DNA of 64,000 nucleotides from Gammaproteobacteria bacterium (GTDB lineage Bacteria; Pseudomonadota; Gammaproteobacteria; Eutrophobiales; Eutrophobiaceae): NCBI GenBank assembly GCA_965204045.1, contig CBDBDW010000002.1, positions 2,754,610 to 2,818,609 of the forward strand, read 5' to 3'. Shown piece by piece: positions 56,961 to 64,000 of this stretch (position 1 is its first letter; each line of letters starts with the position of its first letter). The notes under the pieces were generated by a model. It saw only the letters and a program-made list of their open reading frames with translations, ran no database searches and was not told where the DNA came from. The position numbers and the translations under genes were made by a program.

Positions 56961-57323
56961 ATGCCGGTGAAGTTTGTCGGTGATTCGTACGATTTTCCCT
57001 GCGCCAACCGGGTGGAAAATTACGGCGGCGATATCAACGTATACGTGGTCTGGGACCATCACCTCATCTACTGCGCGCCCAATACCTACCGGTTGCCGCC
57101 GGACATGAAATTCAGGGATTTCCTGGAGCAGGTGTTCGCTCCCGACTATCCTCAGCATCCTGATTCTGACAAGGTCGACTGGGACCAGGGCGTCTGGCAA
57201 CTGGAGAACGAACCCTGGCAACCCGACCTGGATAAATCTTTTGCCGAGAACGGTATCGCGCATAATTCATTCATCCGGGTCACTACCCCCGGACTCGAGG
57301 GAATGCACGGAGTGGGCAATTAA
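56961..57323 (+). CDS. dmpO: Phenol hydroxylase gamma subunit (P4, DmpO-like)
   Basis: 120 aa, ending ...VTTPGLEGMHGVGN (compare DmpO ...VTTPGLKGMANAGY). Confidence 0.8.
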   Translation: MPVKFVGDSYDFPCANRVENYGGDINVYVVWDHHLIYCAPNTYRLPPDMKFRDFLEQVFAPDYPQHPDSDKVDWDQGVWQLENEPWQPDLDKSFAENGIAHNSFIRVTTPGLEGMHGVGN

Positions 57324-57349
57324 CTCCGGATTTCCATCGGGATTCGTCC

Positions 57350-58414
57350 GTGTCCTACCAGGCAACCATAGAACCTCTGGGTGAGACGATAGAGGTTGAA
57401 GACGATCAGAAACTGCTGGATGCCGCGCTGCGCGCCGGGGTCTGGTTGCCTTATGCGTGCAATCACGGCGTATGCGGCACCTGCAAGGTAGATGTGCTGG
57501 AAGGCGAGGTCGAGCACAATGAAGCTTCCTCGTTTGCGCTGATGGACATCGAGCGGGATGAAGGCAAGACCCTGGCCTGTTGTGCAACACTCGTATCGGA
57601 TATCGTCATAGAGGCGGATATTGAGGAGGAAGAAGACGCGCAGCATTTGCCGGTCGGTGATTATACCGGCAAGGTGGTCCGGATCGAAGATTTAACCCCG
57701 ACCGTTAAAGGCATATGGCTGGAGGCGCCGGGTGACGGCATTGAATTTCAGGCCGGCCAGTACCTGAACCTCAACGTTCCGGGTGTTGAGATCCCCCGTG
57801 CTTTTTCCCTGGCCAACCCGCCCTCCGAGAAAAATGTCATCGAACTGAACGTGCGCCACGTCGCAGACGGGCAGGCTACCACGTACCTGCACAAACAACT
57901 TGAGGTGGGAGATGAACTCGGTTTTACCGCGCCCCTGGGCCGTTTTTTCGTGCGCAAGTCGGCGCCGGAGCCGATGATTTTCCTGGCCGGCGGTTCAGGC
58001 CTGTCCAGCCCGAAGTCAATGATCCTCGACCTGCTGGAAAATGGCGAGGAACGCGCAATCACTCTTGTCTACGGCGCCCGCAACCAGGCTGAACTTTATT
58101 ATTTCGACCTGTTCAGCGAACTGGCTGTGCAGCATGATAATTTTCATTATATTACGGCATTATCCGAGCCCGCAGATACTGATGACTGGGACGGGCCGCG
58201 TTGTTTCGTGCATGAACTGGCCGAGGAACATTTCGGGAAACGGTTTGAAGGGCACAAGGCCTACCTGTGCGGACCTCCTCCCATGATCGACAGCAGCATC
58301 ACCAGCCTGATGCGCGGGCGGCTGTTCGAAGAGCACATCTTCATGGAAAACTTTTTCACAGCGGCGGACAGCGCCAAACCGGCGCGGCGCAGCGCCCTGT
58401 TCAAGAAGTTCTGA
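57350..58414 (+). CDS. dmpP: Phenol hydroxylase reductase (P5, DmpP-like; plant-type 2Fe-2S ferredoxin plus FAD/NAD(P)-binding oxidoreductase)
   Basis: The N-terminal ferredoxin cysteine motifs CNHGVCGTCKV...C. The C-terminal FNR-like domain motifs (RAFSLAN, GGSGLSSP). Confidence 0.9.
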   Translation: MSYQATIEPLGETIEVEDDQKLLDAALRAGVWLPYACNHGVCGTCKVDVLEGEVEHNEASSFALMDIERDEGKTLACCATLVSDIVIEADIEEEEDAQHLPVGDYTGKVVRIEDLTPTVKGIWLEAPGDGIEFQAGQYLNLNVPGVEIPRAFSLANPPSEKNVIELNVRHVADGQATTYLHKQLEVGDELGFTAPLGRFFVRKSAPEPMIFLAGGSGLSSPKSMILDLLENGEERAITLVYGARNQAELYYFDLFSELAVQHDNFHYITALSEPADTDDWDGPRCFVHELAEEHFGKRFEGHKAYLCGPPPMIDSSITSLMRGRLFEEHIFMENFFTAADSAKPARRSALFKKF

Positions 58415-58440
58415 ATAGTGGTCAGATCGTATATACAAAC

Positions 58441-58791
58441 GTGCTCTCTGTGTGCTCTACAGCAAAAAAATTTATAATTGCCATTGAAGACAGTGGGGAG
58501 GAATTCGCCTGTTCGGCAGAACGAAACGTTCTCAAGGCCATGGAGCAGCTTGGCAGGAAGGGTATTCCGGTGGGTTGCCGGGGCGGAGGTTGCGGCGTAT
58601 GCCGCGTGCAGGTCGTGGGAGACGGCCGTTACCGGACCGGCAAGATGAGCCGGGAACAGGTGCCAGTGGAGGACGAAGAGCAGGGCATCTGTCTGGCATG
58701 CAAGCTGTTTCCCGAGGCTGATCTGCGCTTGAAAGTTCTGGGAAAATGGCAAAAACATTTTATTACAGGCATGAATCCGGGGTCAGCGTAA
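58441..58791 (+). CDS. dmpQ: Plant-type [2Fe-2S] ferredoxin (DmpQ-like)
   Basis: …IIAIEDSGEEFACSAERNVLKAMEQLGRKGIPVGCRGGGCGVCRVQVV...ICLACKLFP aligns with DmpQ (…YEIRETVSGQTFRC...GAMEQQGKRCIPVGCRGGGCGLCKV…). No in-frame ATG; GTG start at 58441 or 58450. Confidence 0.65.
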   Translation: MLSVCSTAKKFIIAIEDSGEEFACSAERNVLKAMEQLGRKGIPVGCRGGGCGVCRVQVVGDGRYRTGKMSREQVPVEDEEQGICLACKLFPEADLRLKVLGKWQKHFITGMNPGSA

Positions 58792-58808
58792 AAATACACG
58801 GAGACAAT

Positions 58809-58833
58809 GGGGACGGATTTCAAATCCGCCCCC
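58809..58833. terminator. Short REP-family hairpin after dmpQ
   Basis: ggggacggatttcaaatccgccccc. The preceding flank gagacaatgggg resembles the flank of the copy at 55319 (gagacaagggg). Confidence 0.5.
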
Positions 58834-58922
58834 GGCAGGTAGGAGAATAGATTTTTACTCTGACCCCAAATATAAATATACTGTCAAGAGCTTTGCAATA
58901 TCGATAACAGGAGGAGAAGACA

Positions 58923-59846
58923 ATGTCATTTACAGGTGTAATGCGGCCCGGCCATGCGGCCATCCGAGTGCTGGATATGGATGAATCGGTAACGTACTAC
59001 ACGGAGCGGTTGGGTCTGATTAAAACCGATGAGGATGAACAGGGCAGGGTTTATCTCAAGGCATGGGATGAGCTGGACTGTTTTTCCATCGTGCTCAGGG
59101 AAGCTGATTCACCGGGAATCGATTATACCGGGTACAAGACTTTCTCCCGGGCCGACGTGGATGATCTGGTGGGAAAACTGGAGAATCACGGTATAGCGGT
59201 AGAATGGATTGCAGAAGGCGAACTCAACAACTGTGGCGAGCGAGCGCGTTTCCAGACCCCGTCCGGACATTCATTCGAACTGTATGCCGAGAAAAAACAG
59301 ATTGGCGACGGGCTGGGCCGGACGAACCCCAATCCCTGGCCGGAAGGGCTGAAAGGCATGCAGGTGTACCGGTTCGACCACGTGTTGTTGTACGGCCCTG
59401 ACATTATCGAAACCACAAAGATTTTTACCGATGTGCTGGGGTTTGACCTGACCGAGCGGGTACTGACGCCGGAAGGCGAGATGAACGTAACCTTCGTCTC
59501 CTGTTCGAACAAGGCCCACGACCTGGCCTTCGTGGAATATCCCGAGCCGAACAAACTGCACCACGTTTCGTTCATGCTGATGACCTGGGAAGAGGTGCTG
59601 CGGGCCGCCGACCTCATGAGCATGCACGACATCTCCATCGACATCGGTCCTACCCGTCATGGCATTACCCGGGGCCGCACCATTTACTTCTTCGACCCTT
59701 CGGGCAATCGCAATGAAGTATTCTGCGGCGATTACACCTGGTATCCCGACCGGGAACCGATTACCTGGACGGCGGAAGAACTGGGCAGGGCGATCTTCTA
59801 CCATGACAGGAGATTGAACGAGAATTTCCTGTCGGTCGTGACCTGA
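58923..59846 (+). CDS. dmpB: Catechol 2,3-dioxygenase (extradiol, DmpB/XylE type)
   Basis: High colinear similarity to Dmp[15 protein letters not shown]...GRVYLKAW...FSIVLREAD...HHVSF...DIGPTRHG...GNRNEVFCG. Confidence 0.9.
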   Translation: MSFTGVMRPGHAAIRVLDMDESVTYYTERLGLIKTDEDEQGRVYLKAWDELDCFSIVLREADSPGIDYTGYKTFSRADVDDLVGKLENHGIAVEWIAEGELNNCGERARFQTPSGHSFELYAEKKQIGDGLGRTNPNPWPEGLKGMQVYRFDHVLLYGPDIIETTKIFTDVLGFDLTERVLTPEGEMNVTFVSCSNKAHDLAFVEYPEPNKLHHVSFMLMTWEEVLRAADLMSMHDISIDIGPTRHGITRGRTIYFFDPSGNRNEVFCGDYTWYPDREPITWTAEELGRAIFYHDRRLNENFLSVVT

Positions 59847-60259
59847 AGATAGCTGCGCGCAGAATATCCGTTCCGGATGATGAAATTGAAATTTCAGCCA
59901 TCCGCGCGCGCGGGGCGGGGGGACAGAACGTCAACAAGGTCTCAACGGCAATTCATCTCCGCTTCGATGTCCGCGCCTCATCACTGCCGGAATTGTATAA
60001 ACAGCGCCTGCTGAACCTCAGGGACCACCGCATCAGCGGGGACGGCGTGGTGGTCATCAAGGCCGGCAAATACCGGACCCGGGAGAAGAATCGAACCGAT
60101 GCCCTGCGACGCCTGCAGGAACTGGTCAGAAGCGTTACCGTAACGAGGAAGATCAGGCGGCCGACCACGCCCACCGAAAGCTCTCGGCGGAGGCGACTGG
60201 ACGAGAAAACCCGGCGCGGCCGGATAAAATCCCTGCGAGGCAGGGTCACTGAGGAATGA
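59843..60259 (+). CDS. arfB: Peptidyl-tRNA hydrolase ArfB (YaeJ, alternative ribosome-rescue factor B); no canonical start codon
   Basis: GGQ motif [38 protein letters not shown]. Basic C-terminal tail. The frame is open back into dmpB. The position aligning with E. coli Met1 is a CTG that overlaps the dmpB TGA. Confidence 0.6.
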   Translation: MKIAARRISVPDDEIEISAIRARGAGGQNVNKVSTAIHLRFDVRASSLPELYKQRLLNLRDHRISGDGVVVIKAGKYRTREKNRTDALRRLQELVRSVTVTRKIRRPTTPTESSRRRRLDEKTRRGRIKSLRGRVTEE

Positions 60260-60314
60260 AGGAGTCTTTATTTTACTGGATGCCGGGTCAAGCCCGGCAT
60301 GACGAATGAAAGGA

Positions 60315-60451
60315 GTCATTCCCGCGCAGGCGGGAAGCCAGTGGAACACCTGCCCCCCAATCGTCATTCCCGCGCAGGCGGGAATCCAGTGAAACACCTG
60401 CCCCCAATCGTCATTCCCGCGCAGGCGGGAATCCAGTGAAATACCTGCCCC
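60315..60451. repeat. Tandem repeat, three units of about 47 bp, each containing a hairpin (TTCCCGC-gcag-GCGGGAA) followed by TCCAGTGAAACACCTGCCCCC
   Basis: Units at 60315..60362, 60363..60409 and 60410..60451, more than 90% identical to each other. Preceded by a hairpin gccgggtcaagcccggc (60271..60287). Confidence 0.8.
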
Positions 60452-60545
60452 GAAGGGGCGCTTTATCCGAAAAATAAAAGCTGTATCATTTGCATCAGGA
60501 TAAAACAATAGTCCACAATCCTGCATATACCTTCCGGAGAAAGTT

Positions 60546-61577
60546 ATGAAACAGCCATTACTTGGCCTGGCCGCACTGCTGCTGGTCATCATCATCTCAC
60601 TTGGGATCATCAGTTTATTCGAGGAGACCACCTTCAGCACCTGGGTCGCTTTCCTGTTCATGTGCTGCGTGCCTGCGCAAATCGTGTTCGCACTGGTATG
60701 GCATTGTTCCATCCCGGCTGCAGCGTCGAGGATGGCGCAGCCGGCCAGGGGCATAACCCTGACAGTTCTGACGGCACTGATCGGTGTAGTGGCAGCCGTA
60801 CTCACCTATCACCTGGTCGGCAAAGGCCACGGCATCACACCCATGCTGTTGATGTATACCATACTGACCGTCGTGGTGACGTTCTGGTTCGCTGTTTTAT
60901 GGCACTGCTGGCCTGTTACGCTGTTCAGCAATAACCCGCTCGTAATCGGCGCCAGTGTGCTGCTGACAGCCTATTTCGGGGCTTATGCCGTATATGCGGT
61001 ATTCTTTGATTTCTCTTTCCTTGAAGGCGCACCGGTATATTTCCCCGACGCCGATCCGGGCGGTATGTTCATGGCCTGGATCCCGATGAGTTTTGCCGTA
61101 ACCACGGTGGCAATGATTTTAACCCTGGTGCTGTTTGACTTCTGGCCGGTCGCCGGCATTTCGAATTCGAGTATCAAGGTACTGGCCGCCTCGGCTGTCG
61201 TCATCGTGCTTGGGGCTGTTGTGTATTACGCCGGGGTGCATGTTGCAGGCATGGACCGGGTCCGTTATCTGTCACTGGTGCCGGTTTCCTATATCTTCGG
61301 CATATTCCTGCCGTTGAGCCTGATGCAGGGGACCTTGTTTGCCGAACTGAAACAACCACTCAAGGGCCTGGCGCTGGCGGTTTTCTGTGCCGTTGCGGCC
61401 TTTATCCTGCAACAGTTATACCTGCTCCTGGGACCGGTCGTATCCGGGCCATTGGCGGCCGGACCGGAAGGCCATTACCAGGAAGAATTATGGCTCGCGT
61501 CCGCCCTGCTGGGGCTGACGTTTCCGGTCCTGGTTGTCGTGACGGATTACTTTGGCTTCTGGCCGTTAAGGAAATAA
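60546..61577 (+). CDS. Polytopic membrane protein, unknown function
   Basis: 343 aa with about 10 hydrophobic helices. Confidence 0.5.
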   Translation: MKQPLLGLAALLLVIIISLGIISLFEETTFSTWVAFLFMCCVPAQIVFALVWHCSIPAAASRMAQPARGITLTVLTALIGVVAAVLTYHLVGKGHGITPMLLMYTILTVVVTFWFAVLWHCWPVTLFSNNPLVIGASVLLTAYFGAYAVYAVFFDFSFLEGAPVYFPDADPGGMFMAWIPMSFAVTTVAMILTLVLFDFWPVAGISNSSIKVLAASAVVIVLGAVVYYAGVHVAGMDRVRYLSLVPVSYIFGIFLPLSLMQGTLFAELKQPLKGLALAVFCAVAAFILQQLYLLLGPVVSGPLAAGPEGHYQEELWLASALLGLTFPVLVVVTDYFGFWPLRK

Positions 61578-61619
61578 GCGCCACCTCTTGTTGAGAAATA
61601 TTAATCCGGGGATTTACCG

Positions 61620-62015
61620 ATGTTCTTATCACTTTTAGGTGTCACGTTTGTCGTATCGTTTATTGTCTGCTTCATCATAGCGAGACTGTTTACGAAGCCC
61701 ATAGACAGTGTCCTGGAACGGATAGTCGCCGATGAGATTGCCTATGCCTGGACGAGGTACCTGCAATTCGCCATCTACGTCGTCGGCATATCCGGCGGGG
61801 TTCAAATTCACTACCTTGAGAAATTCCTGCGGCCGCCCACGGAAGATTACAGCCCGCCGGTATTGACATCGGAGCGATGGATACTGGAAATCTATCGGAC
61901 AGTTATCGAGTCATTGCAGTCCATCGCGGTCATGCTGCTGATATTTTTCATCTTCGCGTTGATCGCTTACGTTATCGTCCGGGTCTGTGAATTCCGTAGC
62001 GGGAAGGGGGATTAG
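61620..62015 (+). CDS. Small membrane protein, unknown function
   Basis: 131 aa. N- and C-terminal transmembrane helices (MFLSLLGVTFVVSFIVCFIIA...; IAVMLLIFFIFALIAYVIV). Confidence 0.45.
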   Translation: MFLSLLGVTFVVSFIVCFIIARLFTKPIDSVLERIVADEIAYAWTRYLQFAIYVVGISGGVQIHYLEKFLRPPTEDYSPPVLTSERWILEIYRTVIESLQSIAVMLLIFFIFALIAYVIVRVCEFRSGKGD

Positions 62016-62145
62016 AAAGCGTCAATACGGTGATGATCTGGTGATTTTGCTGGGGCGTGGGATGAAGAAACGGCAATCCCGCGATATTGCACAGGCCCAC
62101 TCTCACTGGAAAGCCTACAAACAGGAGAAAACAGATGCCTATTAA
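61987..62145 (+). pseudogene. 5'-truncated remnant of an addiction-module killer (RelE/ParE-like, TIGR02683-type) gene
   Basis: The frame is open only from the TGA at 61960. The translation ...QYGDDLVILLGRGMKKRQSRDIAQAHSHWKAYKQEKTDAY* resembles killer-protein C-termini (…IILLLCGGDKSSQTRDIEKAKAI…). Its 3' end overlaps the antidote start by 11 bp, as in intact pairs. Confidence 0.35.
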
Positions 62146-62419
62146 AGAACATAAGGCAAGTGATTATCTCAAAACGCCGGAGGATATTGTTGCTTACCTG
62201 AACGCAGCTATCGAAGACATGGAGGACGATCCGCGCTTGCTCATGAAAGCCTTTCGCAATGTGGCCGAGGCACAAGGCGGCATATCGGCACTTGCGCGCC
62301 ATGCCCAACTGGATCGAGTTGCACTCTCCAGAGCCTTGTCCGGGCAACGAAATCCGCGCCTTGATACACTTACAAAGGTATCAGCAGCGTACGGCGTTAA
62401 ACTTCGGTTTTCGACGTGA
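62135..62419 (+). CDS. Addiction-module antidote protein (HigA-like helix-turn-helix, TIGR02684-type)
   Basis: MPIKEHKASDYLKTPEDIVAYLNAAIEDMEDDPRLL...LARHAQLDRVALSRALSGQRNPRLDTLTKVSAAYGVKL. Confidence 0.65.
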   Translation: MPIKEHKASDYLKTPEDIVAYLNAAIEDMEDDPRLLMKAFRNVAEAQGGISALARHAQLDRVALSRALSGQRNPRLDTLTKVSAAYGVKLRFST

Positions 62420-62464
62420 AACGACATGTCCAAGATTTCAGTCGCGCCCATGCGGGTAGAGTAA

Positions 62465-62698
62465 TTGGAGGTAACTAAATTGAAATACGGAAAAGAAGAC
62501 AAGGAGGATACCAATTGCAAAATCAATACACGCCAGCGCAAAGAAGATACCGGCGCCAGTTCGTCAACCGATAATTCCAGCGGACTGGCGGAGACTGCTT
62601 ATCTGTTAAAGAGTCCGGCAAATACCGCACACCTGGCTGAATCAATCGAGCAATATCGTAAAGGACAGATGAGGGAATACGGATTAGTTGCTGATTGA
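62465..62698 (+). pseudogene. Degenerate Phd/YefM-like antitoxin; only the C-terminal half is recognisable
   Basis: The C-terminus AETAYLLKSPANTAHLAESIEQYRKGQ matches the YefM/Phd C-terminal motif. The N-terminal 40 aa are low-complexity (K/E/D-rich) and unlike the YefM DNA-binding domain. Confidence 0.3.
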
Positions 62699-62719
62699 AA
62701 TTGTGGCATCCATGTTAGC

Positions 62720-62751
62720 CCTTCCTGTAAGTGAAGGAATCCAGTGAAACA
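62720..62751. repeat. Degenerate solo copy of the 47-bp tandem-repeat unit (hairpin CCTTC-ctgtaagt-GAAGG plus AATCCAGTGAAACA)
   Basis: Shares GGAATCCAGTGAAACA with the units at 60363 and 60410. It lies 2.3 kb downstream of the array. Confidence 0.5.
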
Positions 62752-62791
62752 GATGTGATCCTATTCATCAGTTTCTAACAATTACGAGCAA

Positions 62792-64000
62792 ATGCACCTT
62801 TCCTGGAACGAAATACGTGTACGCGCCGCCAGCTTTGTACAGGAGTGGTGGAACACGGTACGCGAGCGTAGCGAAACCCAGAGTTTCTATAACGACTTCT
62901 TTGAGATATTCGGGGTCAAACGGCGCACAGTTGCCCGCTACGAACAGCACGTAAAGAAACTGGATAACCGCTCTGGATTTATCGACCTGTTCTGGCCGGG
63001 TGTTCTGATCGTTGAGCAAAAGAGTATTGGGCGTGCTCTTACCAAGGCTTATGATCAAGCCGGAGAATATTTCGATGCCCTGAAAGAGAGCGAACGTCCT
63101 CGTTACATCCTGGTCAGCGACTTCCAGAGTTTCGAACTGCACGACCTGGATGAACGCAAGACTTTAGCTTTTCCGCTGAAAGACCTGCCTGAGCATGTGG
63201 AGGCATTTGGTTTTATCCTGGGAGTACAACGACGAACCTTCCGCGATCAGGACCCGGTTAACATACACGCCTCCGAACTGGTCGGTCGATTACATGATGC
63301 CCTGTTCGAATCGGGTTATCGCGGGCACGACCTGGAACGCTTCCTGGTGCGCATTGTGTTCTGCCTGTTCGCCGACGACACCGGCATCTTTGAGCCGCGC
63401 GACATCTTCCTCGATTTCATCGAAACCCGCACGGGGGAGGACGGTTCGGATACCGGCGCAAGACTGATTGAATTGTTCCAGGTGCTCGACACGCCGGAAG
63501 ACCAACGAGTGAAAACCCGCGATGAAGACCTGGCTCGGTTCCCCTACATCAACGGCGAGTTGTTCAACGGGCCGTTGCGTATTCCCGCGTTTGACGCGGC
63601 CATGCGAAGGGCGCTGCTTGATGCCTGCAATTTCGACTGGTCGAACATCTCACCGGCCATTTTCGGCGCGCTGTTCCAGTCCATCATGGACCCGGAGGAA
63701 CGCCGCGCATCAGGCGCACACTACACCACTGAGAAGAACATCCTGAAAGTGATTGAGCCGCTGTTCCTGGACGACCTGCGGGCCGAGTTTGTCCGCCTGA
63801 AGTCCCGCAAGGACAGCCGCCGTATTACTGAACTACAACGCTTTCAGAAAAAGCTGGGAGAAATGCGCTTCTTCGACCCGGCCTGTGGCTGCGGCAATTT
63901 CCTTATCATCGCCTACCGGGAATTGCGCGCGCTGGAAATCGAGGTGCTGCAGGAAATCCGCCAGGCCGGGCAACTGGACGCAATGGCGCAAGACCTGTCA
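62792..64000 (+). CDS. N-terminal part of an MmeI-family Type IIL restriction-modification enzyme / BREX PglX-like N6-adenine DNA methyltransferase (continues beyond the window)
   Basis: MHLSWNEIRVRAASFVQEWWNTVRERSETQSFYNDFFEIFGVKRRTVARYEQHVKKLDNRSGFIDLFWPGVLIVEQKS is the conserved N-terminal domain of MmeI/PglX/YeeA-type enzymes. Further on, ...ASGAHYTTEKNILKVIEPLF. The frame is open to the window end, and the ORF track omitted it as partial. Confidence 0.75.
   Translation, partial: MHLSWNEIRVRAASFVQEWWNTVRERSETQSFYNDFFEIFGVKRRTVARYEQHVKKLDNRSGFIDLFWPGVLIVEQKSIGRALTKAYDQAGEYFDALKESERPRYILVSDFQSFELHDLDERKTLAFPLKDLPEHVEAFGFILGVQRRTFRDQDPVNIHASELVGRLHDALFESGYRGHDLERFLVRIVFCLFADDTGIFEPRDIFLDFIETRTGEDGSDTGARLIELFQVLDTPEDQRVKTRDEDLARFPYINGELFNGPLRIPAFDAAMRRALLDACNFDWSNISPAIFGALFQSIMDPEERRASGAHYTTEKNILKVIEPLFLDDLRAEFVRLKSRKDSRRITELQRFQKKLGEMRFFDPACGCGNFLIIAYRELRALEIEVLQEIRQAGQLDAMAQDLS

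Noticed and set aside
60271-60287. Rho-independent terminator after arfB (hairpin gccgggtcaagcccggc)
   Set aside because: The stem is good, but it is not followed by a U-run on either strand, so it was not called as a terminator.
60315-60451. Possible CRISPR array
   Set aside because: The complete roughly 47-bp unit repeats three times with more than 90% identity. There are no unique spacers of comparable length and no cas genes nearby, so it is a simple tandem repeat.
62012-62347. Minus-strand 111-aa ORF overlapping the antidote gene
   Set aside because: It is antisense to a well-supported HigA-like gene and has no motifs, so it is a shadow ORF.
1-64000. tRNA, rRNA or other structured RNA genes
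   Set aside because: No T-loop-type GGTTCGAATCC motifs in a cloverleaf context and no rRNA-like conserved blocks were seen by eye. This cannot be fully excluded without tRNAscan or Infernal.

Overview
This 64-kb window looks like an accessory region of a proteobacterial chromosome. The GC content is moderately high, with several AT-rich patches, and coding density is high. No rRNA, tRNA or CRISPR array was found.

Reading from start to end, the window contains:
- A partial hydantoinase A-like gene at the left edge, then a TonB-dependent receptor, an amidohydrolase, a short-chain dehydrogenase, an adenosylhomocysteinase-like gene and a Tat-secreted PhoD phosphatase.
- A riboflavin-kinase/HAD fusion gene next to an orphan 2Fe-2S protein.
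- An AT-rich island with a Dam-like methyltransferase and an apparently frameshifted partner gene that is probably the restriction endonuclease.
- An ABC ATPase, an FtsX-type permease and an AttH-like lipoprotein forming one transporter module.
- A VapBC toxin-antitoxin pair.
- An AT-rich block encoding a TetR regulator, a FAD oxidase, a second TonB receptor, a PQQ quinohemoprotein dehydrogenase, a protein of the linalool dehydratase/isomerase family, a DsbA-like protein, an acyl-CoA synthetase, cupins and a YghU-type glutathione transferase.
- An RTX-repeat locus split by an inserted ATPase gene, with one intact gene, one 3' fragment and one frameshifted gene.
- A DUF433/DUF5615 gene pair.
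- A large molybdenum-hydroxylase locus, described below.
- A multicomponent phenol hydroxylase cluster (dmpKLMNOPQ-like) with a catechol 2,3-dioxygenase and a ring-cleavage-product hydrolase encoded elsewhere.
- arfB, a 47-bp tandem repeat, membrane proteins, toxin-antitoxin remnants and the 5' part of an MmeI/PglX-like methyltransferase gene at the right edge.

A nested palindromic repeat of the REP/MITE type occurs at least six times in intergenic positions, twice inside the phenol-hydroxylase operon.

The most likely previously undescribed systems are two. The first is a putative N-heterocycle catabolic locus (about 37.8 to 51.7 kb). It carries CoxD/CoxE/MoeA-like maturation genes, a UbiD decarboxylase, a CobW metallochaperone, a hydantoinase-like gene, a carbamoylase-like gene and a three-subunit molybdenum hydroxylase. 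The second is a putative periplasmic terpenoid or alcohol oxidation module built around the linalool dehydratase-like protein (about 19.1 to 30.5 kb).
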